A DNA stretch of 20,000 nucleotides from Trichomonas gallinae (Eukaryota), in contig MRSU01002006.1 in NCBI GenBank assembly GCA_008369845.1, forward strand, positions 47,006-67,005, in the 5' to 3' direction. Below the pieces are notes generated by a model. The model was not told the DNA's origin and did no database searches. It worked only from the letters and a program-made list of their open reading frames with translations. The stretch's first letter is position 1. Every line of letters begins with the position of its first letter. A program made the position numbers and the translations under genes. Shown here one piece after another: positions 1-9,256 of the stretch.

Positions 1-30
1 ACGATAACCTTATTTTTTCTTTCGATTTTG

Positions 31-35
31 TCACT
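31..35 (+). promoter_or_regulatory. Putative trichomonad initiator (Inr, TCAYW)
   Basis: TCACT lies 20 nt upstream of ATG 55, a typical Inr position. The motif is short, so a chance match is possible. Confidence 0.5.
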
Positions 36-54
36 TTTTGATAAAATTAAGGCA

Positions 55-1359
55 ATGAGTTGCCCTTTTATGATAAACTTGCATATAACAATACCGAAAC
101 TGTCTCAGCAGGTTATATGGGATGCAGAGCCTGGTGAAACAGTAAAATCTGTGATTAACGCGATATTGAAGAGCATGAATATACCTGATCCAGAATTTTG
201 GAATTTATTTATGCTTACAGATGACTTTATTCAAATACCACGCGACACACCATGCTTTGATATTGCTTTTCAAAATGCTACATCATTCCAATTACTACAA
301 TTAGAAACCGAACCTATCGAGATTTTCTATAAAATGAAAAGAGCAAGGATAGCATACGATAAATTCAAACCACTGTCGAGTGTTATGGAAATTTGCATGC
401 AAATATTCAATCTTTCCGATCAAGAACAATATTTGTTTATGAATCCTGAGACTTATTGCGTTGAAGCAATGCATACACCGACAAAACTTCAAAAGCTCGT
501 GCTCAAGCCATTGCAATTTAAAGGCAAAGAGCTCGTTTTCCCTACTCCACATTTCGCCGAGCCTACAGGATTGACATCCTTCCCATTCATTTCATTATCA
601 AAGACAGTTATCAGCCCACAATTCAAATTCTTCCTTACAACTCTCAAAAGCCAGTTTTGCGAATTCAATTTAATAAATTTATCTCCTGAAGTTATAGACT
701 CGCTTTTCAGGAAATTCGAACTAAATTCGGGACTATCAGAGATCCCTTCTGATCAGCAGATCACAATGCTCTTTGTTATTCTCGCGCAATTCGATGAACC
801 GCTAATTCCTCGAGAAATGATAAGATCAGCCAAATCGATTGTTAATAATGAGAACCAGTTAGAAGTGTGTCAGCAACTATTCATGTTTTTGCTTATGTTG
901 CCAGTTTCTGCACATGCAATAATTTTAGAGTTGATTATGTCGCTTTCAGGCTCATATGTTCATTCACCAATTAAGAATGAGATTACTATACTTCTACAGG
1001 AGATACTTTTCAAGACTACAACCGAAGATGAAGAAGAATATTTATTTATTAAATATCTTTTGATGTTTGGCATCGCTTTATTAAGATTGCCTGGATCAAA
1101 GAATATCTGCCGTATTGGCGACAAGATCGGCTTCCAATCTCAGCTCGAACACGGAACATATTTCACTATCAATGAAAAAGTTGTTCCAACAAGAACAGAA
1201 GAGCTGATTTTCGACTTCGATTTCAATCTGTTCGACAAGGAGCAGGAAGACAACAGGCCAATTGAGCTTCACACACAATTAAGTTATCTTAATGCTAGCA
1301 TTCAGAGCTTCTTTTCCATTGTTAATGAAGCGAAGAAGAAGTTTAGAAACCCACAATAA
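55..1359 (+). CDS. Hypothetical protein: N-terminal tandem ubiquitin-like (talin/FERM F0-F1-like) region plus degenerate RhoGAP-like helical domain
   Basis: Long ORF. The track starts at TTG 28, but the first ATG is at 55, 20 nt after Inr-like TCACT (31-35); ATG at 70 is an alternative. The segment 'ILAQFDEPLIP...LLMLPVSAHAIILELI' resembles the RhoGAP 'FLRELPEPLIP...LP..N...L..L' pattern. The domain calls are by eye. Confidence 0.6.
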   Translation: MSCPFMINLHITIPKLSQQVIWDAEPGETVKSVINAILKSMNIPDPEFWNLFMLTDDFIQIPRDTPCFDIAFQNATSFQLLQLETEPIEIFYKMKRARIAYDKFKPLSSVMEICMQIFNLSDQEQYLFMNPETYCVEAMHTPTKLQKLVLKPLQFKGKELVFPTPHFAEPTGLTSFPFISLSKTVISPQFKFFLTTLKSQFCEFNLINLSPEVIDSLFRKFELNSGLSEIPSDQQITMLFVILAQFDEPLIPREMIRSAKSIVNNENQLEVCQQLFMFLLMLPVSAHAIILELIMSLSGSYVHSPIKNEITILLQEILFKTTTEDEEEYLFIKYLLMFGIALLRLPGSKNICRIGDKIGFQSQLEHGTYFTINEKVVPTRTEELIFDFDFNLFDKEQEDNRPIELHTQLSYLNASIQSFFSIVNEAKKKFRNPQ

Positions 1360-1995
1360 TTTGTTGCGAAATATATGTTTTAATCTGATTAAAAATTGTT
1401 ATTAGTTAATGATCATATGTAAATGCTATCGGTACAAATAGTAATATTTCAGTATTAATCAATTTTTAATAATGAATTGGAAATAAAAGAAATAATTATT
1501 GAAAAATAAGATGCTAAGCTTACAATAGATTACTACATAAATAACGTCAATTGATATAATGTTAACATGTAGTATTGTTCTAGGACATCACAAACCTAAA
1601 TTCATATATAACGAAGTTTGAACATGGATTTATATCAGAAGTCCATATTTTCGTTTCAAAACTTCAGAATAGGTTTTATAGAGTGTGTAAGGTGCAATTA
1701 AAGATGTTCCTCATTGTTGATGTATGATGGGAAAATTTTCCACAAATTTTATCGGACTGTTTTTTGGAGAAAATTTTAAACATGATCAACATCCATAATT
1801 CAGAATTTGTGCATATATCTGTGTTTTAAGGATTATAATCAAAAGAAAATGTCTAAAAAACAAACAATCACGTTACAAATTAAATATTTTTTAATTCAAA
1901 CATTTCTATTTGTTAATATCCTTTTTTCTTCGAAATTGAATAAATATTCCACTCAAAATCAATTGAAAAAAGAAATCTTAAATTACCGATAGAAT

Positions 1996-2478
1996 TTAGA
2001 GGATAAAATACATAAACAAATTAGCAACCAAACAAATAAAGGTAGCAAAAATGCCTTTTGGCTCTTCTTCTTTGACTTCCGCATTCTCACCAGATTTTGC
2101 ATATCCTTGGCATTGACTGATGCATGATCTCCAGTAAACTGTAAATCTCCAGTGTCTGCCACAGTGAGATCTACAGGTCTGTTCATCGTAATACTCTAAA
2201 AGTTTGCTGCCTGGTATTCTTAGGCAATCTTTTCTACACTTGGACCAATCTAAGAAACATGTAGATTTGTTCACTCCGTTGTTGCACTTACCAAGACAGT
2301 CAACTACTTTTGATGACATTACACGCCTTGCCGGTGTAGATTTTTTGTTATCAAAGATTCCAATCTCGCATGTGTCTTTGCACGATTTTAGTTTAGCAGG
2401 AGAATCAGCGAACAGGTTCTGACACTTGCGCTGGCAGTGTGACGCATCAAATGCGAATAAGAGCGTCACAATTAGCAT
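1996..2478 (-). CDS. Small cysteine-rich surface or secreted protein (160 aa) with three CX3C-Xn-CX3C units and a C-terminal hydrophobic anchor
   Basis: First ATG at 2478 (the track's 2493 is TTG). Short hydrophobic leader MLIVTLLFAFDA, 13 Cys in the ectodomain, C-terminal GIFATFICLVANLFMYFIL. The stop codon lies within TAAA. Confidence 0.75.
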   Translation of the reverse strand: MLIVTLLFAFDASHCQRKCQNLFADSPAKLKSCKDTCEIGIFDNKKSTPARRVMSSKVVDCLGKCNNGVNKSTCFLDWSKCRKDCLRIPGSKLLEYYDEQTCRSHCGRHWRFTVYWRSCISQCQGYAKSGENAEVKEEEPKGIFATFICLVANLFMYFIL

Positions 2479-3056
2479 TAGTAATTTATTCAAAAATTTC
2501 TAAAATTTTTGAAAAATTTTGCGTCTAGATTTTGACATATTTGGAATCTATACTAATAAACAGCTATTCTTCAGATCAAAATTTGACACGGCAGATTTAG
2601 ATGAGCGGAATTTGTAAAAAAAACGTTTTATAGAACAACGTACTATTCACTGATGCCTTTGAACTGAATAGATGGCACTTAACGCGACAATTTATCTCTT
2701 TTACATGAATTTTGAGCCAAACAACAAATGAGTAGCAAAAGTGTAAGAAAAGGACAGCTGTCACATTTATGAATCTGACATGTAAAGTTAAATCTGACAT
2801 TCACATTATAACTTGCATTTATTTGATCAAAAACACAACTTCAATGTTTGTTTAAGATACATACTGTTTAAGATATGCGTTTAACTACTATGTAGAAATA
2901 TTGATTACATCTTGTTAAATATAAAAATATGGATGAATATTTCCAAGTTCTCACTTTTTATCAATGAGTGAAATGGATATTTTAAATGAGCAGGCTCAAA
3001 ATATATTGAACTTAAGTAAAAAGACGAGAAATACCGAGAAATGACAAAGAAATACA

Positions 3057-3123
3057 TTACATGTCAAACAATTCCCTTAAGAATTTCAGTTTACACGACA
3101 AAAATAAAATTTACATGACAAAA
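3057..3123 (-). repeat. Cluster of the same motif in reverse orientation upstream of Mob1
   Basis: TTACATGTCAAA (3057), TTTACACGACAAAA (3090), TTTACATGACAAAA (3110). Confidence 0.75.
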
Positions 3124-3242
3124 TATTTTCACCTTATTGAACTAAAATTGATATATATAATGCGAATAAGCAAAAACACATTTTACTTCTTTATCAAAAA
3201 TTGAGAAGAAATCAAATTATTAAAAAAAACTAACCAATTACG

Positions 3243-3928
3243 ATGAAGCACAGCTTTTTCTCCAATGCGTACGACTTTATTTTCTAACAAGCAGTCATTC
3301 ACACGCCACATTCAAACCAGTGAAGTTTTTCACACCATCACATCGCTGCTACGAGGACTTCACTTCAATCCACGGCTGTTTCGAGATGGGAAATCTCGAT
3401 GAGGCAATAAAATGCCCTGATGGGCGTAAAGTAGAGGATTGGATCGCTACTCATGCTGTCGAATTCTACAACCAGCTCGTTATTTTCTACAAATTTGTAG
3501 AAGACGACTGTTCTAATGAAAAATGCCCTGTAATGTCGGCAGGACATAAGTACAAGTACCTCTGGCAAGATGATGATCAATTTAAGAAGCCTACAGAGTT
3601 CTCGGCTAAAGAATACATCTCGTTGTTATTCGATTCGGCCGATGCTTTTCTCGGAGACAAAACATTTTTCCCATCAGACAAATACTCCAAGTATCCCCCA
3701 AAGTTTAAATCCGAAATTTCGAAATTATTCCGTCGCTTTTTGCGAGTGTATGCACATCTCTACAAGTCACACGCTACAGTTTTGAAAGAATGTGATGCAC
3801 TTCAACATTTCAACACTTCATTCACTCATTTCTTCAAATTTACGAATTATTACTCACTTATAGATAAGCAAGAATTCATGCCACTTAAAGAAGTCATTAA
3901 GTCATTAGATTTGGGCGAAATTCAATAA
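3243..3928 (+). CDS. MOB1: Mob1/phocein family kinase activator, spliced: join(3243..3268,3295..3928), 219 aa
   Basis: Mob1 motifs: GNLDEAIKCPDG, DWIATHAVEFYNQ, CPVMSAG.KY.Y.W.D, RRFLRVYAHLY..H, HFNTSFTHF. Splicing restores the N-terminus MKHSFFSNAHSHATFKPVK, which matches the Mob1 'SFLF....KTFKPKK' N-terminus. Confidence 0.93.
3269..3294 (+). other. 26-nt spliceosomal intron (short trichomonad type), phase 2
   Basis: Sequence GTACGACTTTATTTTCTAACAAGCAG: GT donor, CTAAC branch point fused to the 3' CAG. Its removal joins ATG 3243 in frame with the Mob1 ORF. The unspliced frame stops at TAA inside the intron. Confidence 0.88.
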
Positions 3929-4830
3929 ATTCAATATTCCGGAAAAAAATTTGATCGATTTCGTCTCAATATGTTAATATCATTGCGTTTACACACTAAA
4001 ATATAAGTTTTCCCAAATTACCACCTCATATAACTGAGAAATATTTTACAAATAATTTATTAAACACAAATTGATTTTGCTTAGTATTCAAATATGCTAT
4101 TTTATCTTGTTGTGGTGATAGATAGCGATATAGATTTGAACAAAATTCATATTTTATGCTGTATTATAATTTTTGTCAAATTTGGGGTTTGATGTCCTGA
4201 TAATATATTATACTCAGATCATACTACCATAATATATTATGCAAATAGGAAATGGACAAATATCCATAAATTTTATATTTCATTCGGCTTAGAAACTCCA
4301 GAATTCCCACAGAATATTAATTAAAACTATACTGTACAGAACTAAATATCAATATAGTGCTGTATTCAATGAATATATATTTAGTTGTTCTTTAAATTCA
4401 AAAATTCATAACTTAAAAACTATACACATATGTTATAAAATACCTCAATATCAAACAGATAAAATCAATTTATAATAAAATCGCATATAAAATGTATCCA
4501 TATTATTACGACTCGTAACAACAAAAAGTTTGGCAAACACCATTTCCATCCTAGTAACTTGCGTATGTAATTTATATGTCTCGAAAAGCTAATAAATCCA
4601 AAATATATTTCGAATTTAAAATCAATATTAATGCATTTGCTTACCAAAACTTCATATGCATGCAAAAGCACAGCATAGACCAATTCGTTATATTATACCT
4701 TAATGATTCTGATTCTTTATAAAATGGAAAAAAAAAAGTGAAAAATCAGAATATATAATTCACACAATATTTTTGACTAGTATATAAATAAAGAAAATAA
4801 TTTAGTGTTTCAATAATTATTGATTACTCA

Positions 4831-4850
4831 TTTTTTTTTTTTTTTTTTTT
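4831..4850. repeat. T20 homopolymer (A20 on the minus strand, downstream of the GT-like gene)
   Basis: Directly visible, 45 nt past the stop codon at 4895. Confidence 0.9.
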
Positions 4851-4894
4851 GAGTTCATATTTAAAAAGTAGTTTTGACAGAGCGTGCATTTATT

Positions 4895-6010
4895 TTACGT
4901 GCAGTAACTGTACTGTCTTTGAAGGAAATGGAGCCCATAAGTATGATGTATGATGACAGGCTTTAAGTTAGTTTTATGGAAATGCAGATTCCCCAAGTTA
5001 TCTCCATCCATTCTTTCTAGGTTCGGCTGGGAATAGCCAAAAGTATAATTATACACAATAGTTCTCGAATTATAGTCAGGGAAAAGGTTTAGCGCATGGA
5101 GATAAGTAAAAACAGGCTGATCAACCATCAGTTTCTTATTTTCATTCGATCTCATAATATAAAACACTAAATCAAAGAATTTCATGCCTTCAAATGGATA
5201 ACCAAAGCTACACGCACCAGAAACAACTCTCGTCCAATAGAAATTTTTCAGGACGTTCATACCTAAATATTTTGAACATTGCAAATTCGTTTCTGGCTCA
5301 TTTCTCAAGAAATGGTTCTCTATAAAGATTCCAGCAGTTCTATCACCTCTTGTCACGATGAATGGATCTCTAGCAACAAATGTGTCAGTTAAATCTATCA
5401 CCAAATAGTTGTTGATTTTCATTCTATAGTCCTGCAAAAAATTCGTCAAAACGCTGATTTTGTTTTGGTAAATGTTTGCTCTATCGAGTTTCCCAGTATG
5501 CGCAAAGTCAACATACTTTCCAAAGTCTATTGCTGTTACTCCACATTTCGTATAGTTATATTTTTCATTGGCTGCCTGATATTTTTGATAAGCATCAGTA
5601 TCAAGTAAACAGACAATTTTCGCGATGCAGCCATGGTCTCTCAGATTTTGAAAAACACCATTTGCCCTGTCAATGGGGAAAATTCCGATTGTATAGAATA
5701 TAACTACATCATTTTCGTAAGACAAATATTTATCAATACGAGGCGGCTTGTAAAATGAATTGTTGCAAAATGTGCACTTTCCTGTATAGTTCATCTTTGA
5801 TTCCAAGAACTTATTGACTTCGACTGGATTAGTTCTAAGACTGTTATAACTGAAGTACATGAAGGATGTTTCCCATGATAGAATAACTTGCATATTTGAA
5901 AACCAACAAAACAAAATAGTTACAACAAGAATAAAACTAGCGCAATAAGAAGGGACTGTTTCAGGAATATCCACTATATATGAAGCAGGGACTTTCTTCA
6001 TATTTTCCAT
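4895..6010 (-). CDS. Putative type II membrane glycosyltransferase (GT-A-like)
   Basis: First ATG at 6010 (the track's 6022 is GTG). Single N-terminal TM (FILVVTILFCWF), DxD-like motif VIDLTDTFVARDPF, 'VDQPVF', and a C-terminal 'IIHH' motif typical of GT-A enzymes. The stop codon lies within TAAA. Confidence 0.65.
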   Translation of the reverse strand: MENMKKVPASYIVDIPETVPSYCASFILVVTILFCWFSNMQVILSWETSFMYFSYNSLRTNPVEVNKFLESKMNYTGKCTFCNNSFYKPPRIDKYLSYENDVVIFYTIGIFPIDRANGVFQNLRDHGCIAKIVCLLDTDAYQKYQAANEKYNYTKCGVTAIDFGKYVDFAHTGKLDRANIYQNKISVLTNFLQDYRMKINNYLVIDLTDTFVARDPFIVTRGDRTAGIFIENHFLRNEPETNLQCSKYLGMNVLKNFYWTRVVSGACSFGYPFEGMKFFDLVFYIMRSNENKKLMVDQPVFTYLHALNLFPDYNSRTIVYNYTFGYSQPNLERMDGDNLGNLHFHKTNLKPVIIHHTYGLHFLQRQYSYCT

Positions 6011-6655
6011 TCTTCCTGTCACTTTCTTTGATTAAATATTCGCGGGTTTAGATTAGATAATTTAATTATAATAGTCTTCACACATAGATTCTATTATTTT
6101 ATTCATTCAACCTTAGCAAATCGAAGGACAAAAGTGCTCGACACAAAATAATAATGCCAATGAGTCATATTACAAAATGCCATAAATGATGATTATTAAT
6201 AGAAATAAAGGTACCTTATCATCATTCAAAAAATAATTATTTTGAATGCGCCTTGGATCCGAGAAAAAAAACCTATCTGTCACAAGAATGCGGCTTCTTT
6301 TGAAGTGTCATTATGATTTTAACGTCACATCTATCATAGCGAATATATTTCTTTACTTTTTTCCCGTTTTAGTATTAACGTCCGATAACATGATTGATCA
6401 CAACCTTGTGAAAATCAAATATGAAAAAAAAAAAAAAACTCAATAATTAGCTATATTAGAATTCTAATATGTTTGACTATTAGGGCATGATATCAAAGCC
6501 TATTTGTAGCTCAATTTTTAAAATTATGTAGCACAAAAAGCTTTAAATATATTTAGGTGAAACTTTTGCAGATTGAACGACGCATAAACTGTCACATATA
6601 TTGATGTACTGATTTATTTATTAATAAACAAAACAAATATATAAACAATAAATTA

Positions 6656-8680
6656 TTACTTCGAAACAATATCATGTCCATTTTCAAGAATATACGGAAG
6701 CTTGTTGTAATCCTTGTTCTGCAGTGCAGATCTGCAAAGCTGAAGTAGTGAATTGCGAGCATTTCCTCGCCTCAGCTCAGCAAATGCTTGTATCATTGCG
6801 TTAACTTTCTGGTTTCCTGATCCGAGACTTGTCTTATTTGTAATTCTCTTTGCGTGCTCTCTAGCTATTTCGCTGTTCAACCTTTCGCACTCTAAGACAG
6901 CAGAATACAATGTTCCGTACTGCTCAACCATCTCAGCGTTCTCTATGCGGACTATGGTGTCTTTAACGCTTGCAATCAATCCGGCAATTTCTGCGCGATG
7001 AACGCTTTTAGTGTTATCGAGGTCTGACCCTTGCTGAACTGCCGCCATCAGCTCGTCGATCTCGCCTGGGAAGTGCGCAGTGCAGGAGAACTCCTTGAGT
7101 GTGCAGAACTCGCAAAACTCAGTGCATATTCTAACAGCAGTTGAAACTTTCTCGCACTCAACTCTCGCGTTGTTCCCTTGTATGGATAGAACGAGCGGTT
7201 CCCTTTCTGACACAGACGCAAAGCAGAGCCTGAAATCTCCGGAAGGTTCGTTCTTCGACAAGAAGTTCTTGGACACGAATTGCGCGAATATGTCGTTCTT
7301 TGCTGTGAATTCAGCGTAGCCGGATGGTTTGGCGTTTTTGACTTCAGAGAAGCCGTAAAACTTCTGGAACTCGAGTTTGAACGGGAGAACAACACCAGAC
7401 ACGAATGCTTCGACGCTCATTGTGCCTATCACGTCGTTCGGCAGCCACAGCTGGATAGTGTGCGTTGGCGCCGCGGGATTGTTCACATCGAACACTTGGT
7501 AATTCGTGCCGGAAGATGTTGGACACTCGATCAAAGTCGCTTGAATTGGCGTCGGCGGCTCAGTCTTGATTTTTAGCTCTATGCACTGTTCTTCTGTGTT
7601 TTTGCCTAGCACATATGTGCCCAGCATGTTAGATGGCGGCAAATTTGTTGCTTTGTTAGAACTATCTGTACCTGTCATTAAATTTAATAATTCATTTCTC
7701 CTCATTAAGAGCCTTGCCTTCTCTTGTACGTATTTTGGTTGCGCCTGCCTGAGATCGAACGCTTGCTTAGCTTCCTGGCCCAATCCCTCGGCGCCTTTCG
7801 GCATGAAAACGCGAATTGAGCCGTTTGTTCCGCAAACGACCAAAAAATTGCGGCCATCGTCTTTGAAGTCCACCAAGCCAAGGGCTGCAAGGTGGAAGTC
7901 CATTGTTTCGTGTTTCGTGACTTGTCCGTTGGAAATATCGAGAAATGAAATATCTCCTTCTGCGCAAGCGAGAACGACGTCTTTCGTTTTGCGACCTGAA
8001 AAATCAATCAAATCTAGACCAACAATGTCGCCTTGCGAAGCATAATTCCAAACTTTTTGCATTTTATCGTATAAAGCGATTGATCCGTTTTCAAAAGCCG
8101 CAACAAACTTATCTGCTTCAACAGGCTTCAAGAATGTGCATTGATGATGGATTCTAATCTCTCTTTTCGATTCTCCGCCGTAAAATTGGCAAATCTTAAG
8201 GTCATTTGACGCTGCAAGCAAAGAATGCTGACCTGCTATATCTATAACACACATTGCAGATACTATATCACCTGTAACTGTCCAAAAAACTTCTTCTCCA
8301 TTAAAATCATATCCGTAAATTTCAGTATTTCCGCCAACGTAAATCACCGATGTATCCACTGTGGCGGAGTAAACACCATCGTTAAGTAAATTTGAAAAAA
8401 CTTGCGAATTTTGCTCAACGTTGAAAACTTGAATCGAATTATCTGTTCCTATGACTAAACAATCTTGGTCTTTGATCTTTACTGTTGTAATACATGTGAT
8501 TTTCTGGCAAGCGTTGACAAAAGATTTGGCCTGTTCGGGAGATAAAGTTGAATCAAAGACGCTAATGCGCCTCGTTGTCGTTGCATTAGCGTAGCACTGC
8601 CCATTTTTCGTGAACTTGCCGATTGCCAGTAATTTAGGCAAAACATTGTCGTGCGTTTCGTATTGGGCAACAGGAAACAT
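6656..8680 (-). CDS. BBS2: Bardet-Biedl syndrome 2 protein (BBSome subunit)
   Basis: The N-terminus 'VLPKLLAIGKF' matches BBS2 'ISPRMVAIGRY'. Also present are VGGN..IYGYD..G.E.FWTVTGD.V and the C-terminal VN..IQ....LRRG.....L..CRSAL. The layout is beta-propeller, coiled coil, GAE/platform, helical. Confidence 0.92.
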   Translation of the reverse strand: MFPVAQYETHDNVLPKLLAIGKFTKNGQCYANATTTRRISVFDSTLSPEQAKSFVNACQKITCITTVKIKDQDCLVIGTDNSIQVFNVEQNSQVFSNLLNDGVYSATVDTSVIYVGGNTEIYGYDFNGEEVFWTVTGDIVSAMCVIDIAGQHSLLAASNDLKICQFYGGESKREIRIHHQCTFLKPVEADKFVAAFENGSIALYDKMQKVWNYASQGDIVGLDLIDFSGRKTKDVVLACAEGDISFLDISNGQVTKHETMDFHLAALGLVDFKDDGRNFLVVCGTNGSIRVFMPKGAEGLGQEAKQAFDLRQAQPKYVQEKARLLMRRNELLNLMTGTDSSNKATNLPPSNMLGTYVLGKNTEEQCIELKIKTEPPTPIQATLIECPTSSGTNYQVFDVNNPAAPTHTIQLWLPNDVIGTMSVEAFVSGVVLPFKLEFQKFYGFSEVKNAKPSGYAEFTAKNDIFAQFVSKNFLSKNEPSGDFRLCFASVSEREPLVLSIQGNNARVECEKVSTAVRICTEFCEFCTLKEFSCTAHFPGEIDELMAAVQQGSDLDNTKSVHRAEIAGLIASVKDTIVRIENAEMVEQYGTLYSAVLECERLNSEIAREHAKRITNKTSLGSGNQKVNAMIQAFAELRRGNARNSLLQLCRSALQNKDYNKLPYILENGHDIVSK

Positions 8681-9256
8681 TTTTTTAACGAGTTACCACA
8701 AAACAAATTCGATAAACAGAATCACAACATATATTTATACCAGAAAAACACAATATTTTTGCCGGATTTTGAGATTTTATTTTATGTAAAAATAATATTA
8801 ACAAGAAAACTGTGATAAATCTTTCACATCTGCTGGTTCTAATATCAATATTTAAAATATGAGCATTCAATATCAGATTAACATTTTTATGTTTATATTG
8901 TTTGGAATCCTGCATCATCTATATCGTCTAATGGGAATCTTTCATATATCTCATCTGTACTTCAATCAAATTATGACTAATCTTTTAATATTATTTTCAA
9001 TTGCATTAGAAATGGAAATAAGCCATGTTAAAGGCATAATCAATGCCTACACATCATTTATCAATCTAAATCTTTATTCTGTTATGATATATATAAACTT
9101 TTGCGAATAAAATGATTATATCATAATAGTATTAAGGCTCAGGCTTCATTAGGAAGTTTGTTGCAAGTGCTTTTATTAAAATAGCTTAGAGGCGAGTATA
9201 TTAAAAAAAATAATTTTTAAGATTACATAAGCTATATATAATAAAAAATAAAACGA

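Noticed and set aside
2597..2800. Short intergenic ORFs (also 1807, 4465, 6246, 8685, 8859, 14098, 15208)
   Set aside because: AT-rich, low-complexity translations (I/F/L/N/K), often with non-ATG starts and no homology cues.
3320..3322. GTG/TTG starts in the ORF track (28, 2493, 3320, 6022)
   Set aside because: Eukaryotic locus; nearby ATGs or splicing explain the starts.
4826..4854. ACTCA-(T)n-TGAGT as a hairpin or terminator
   Set aside because: The stem is only 5 bp, and bacterial-type terminators are irrelevant in this genome.
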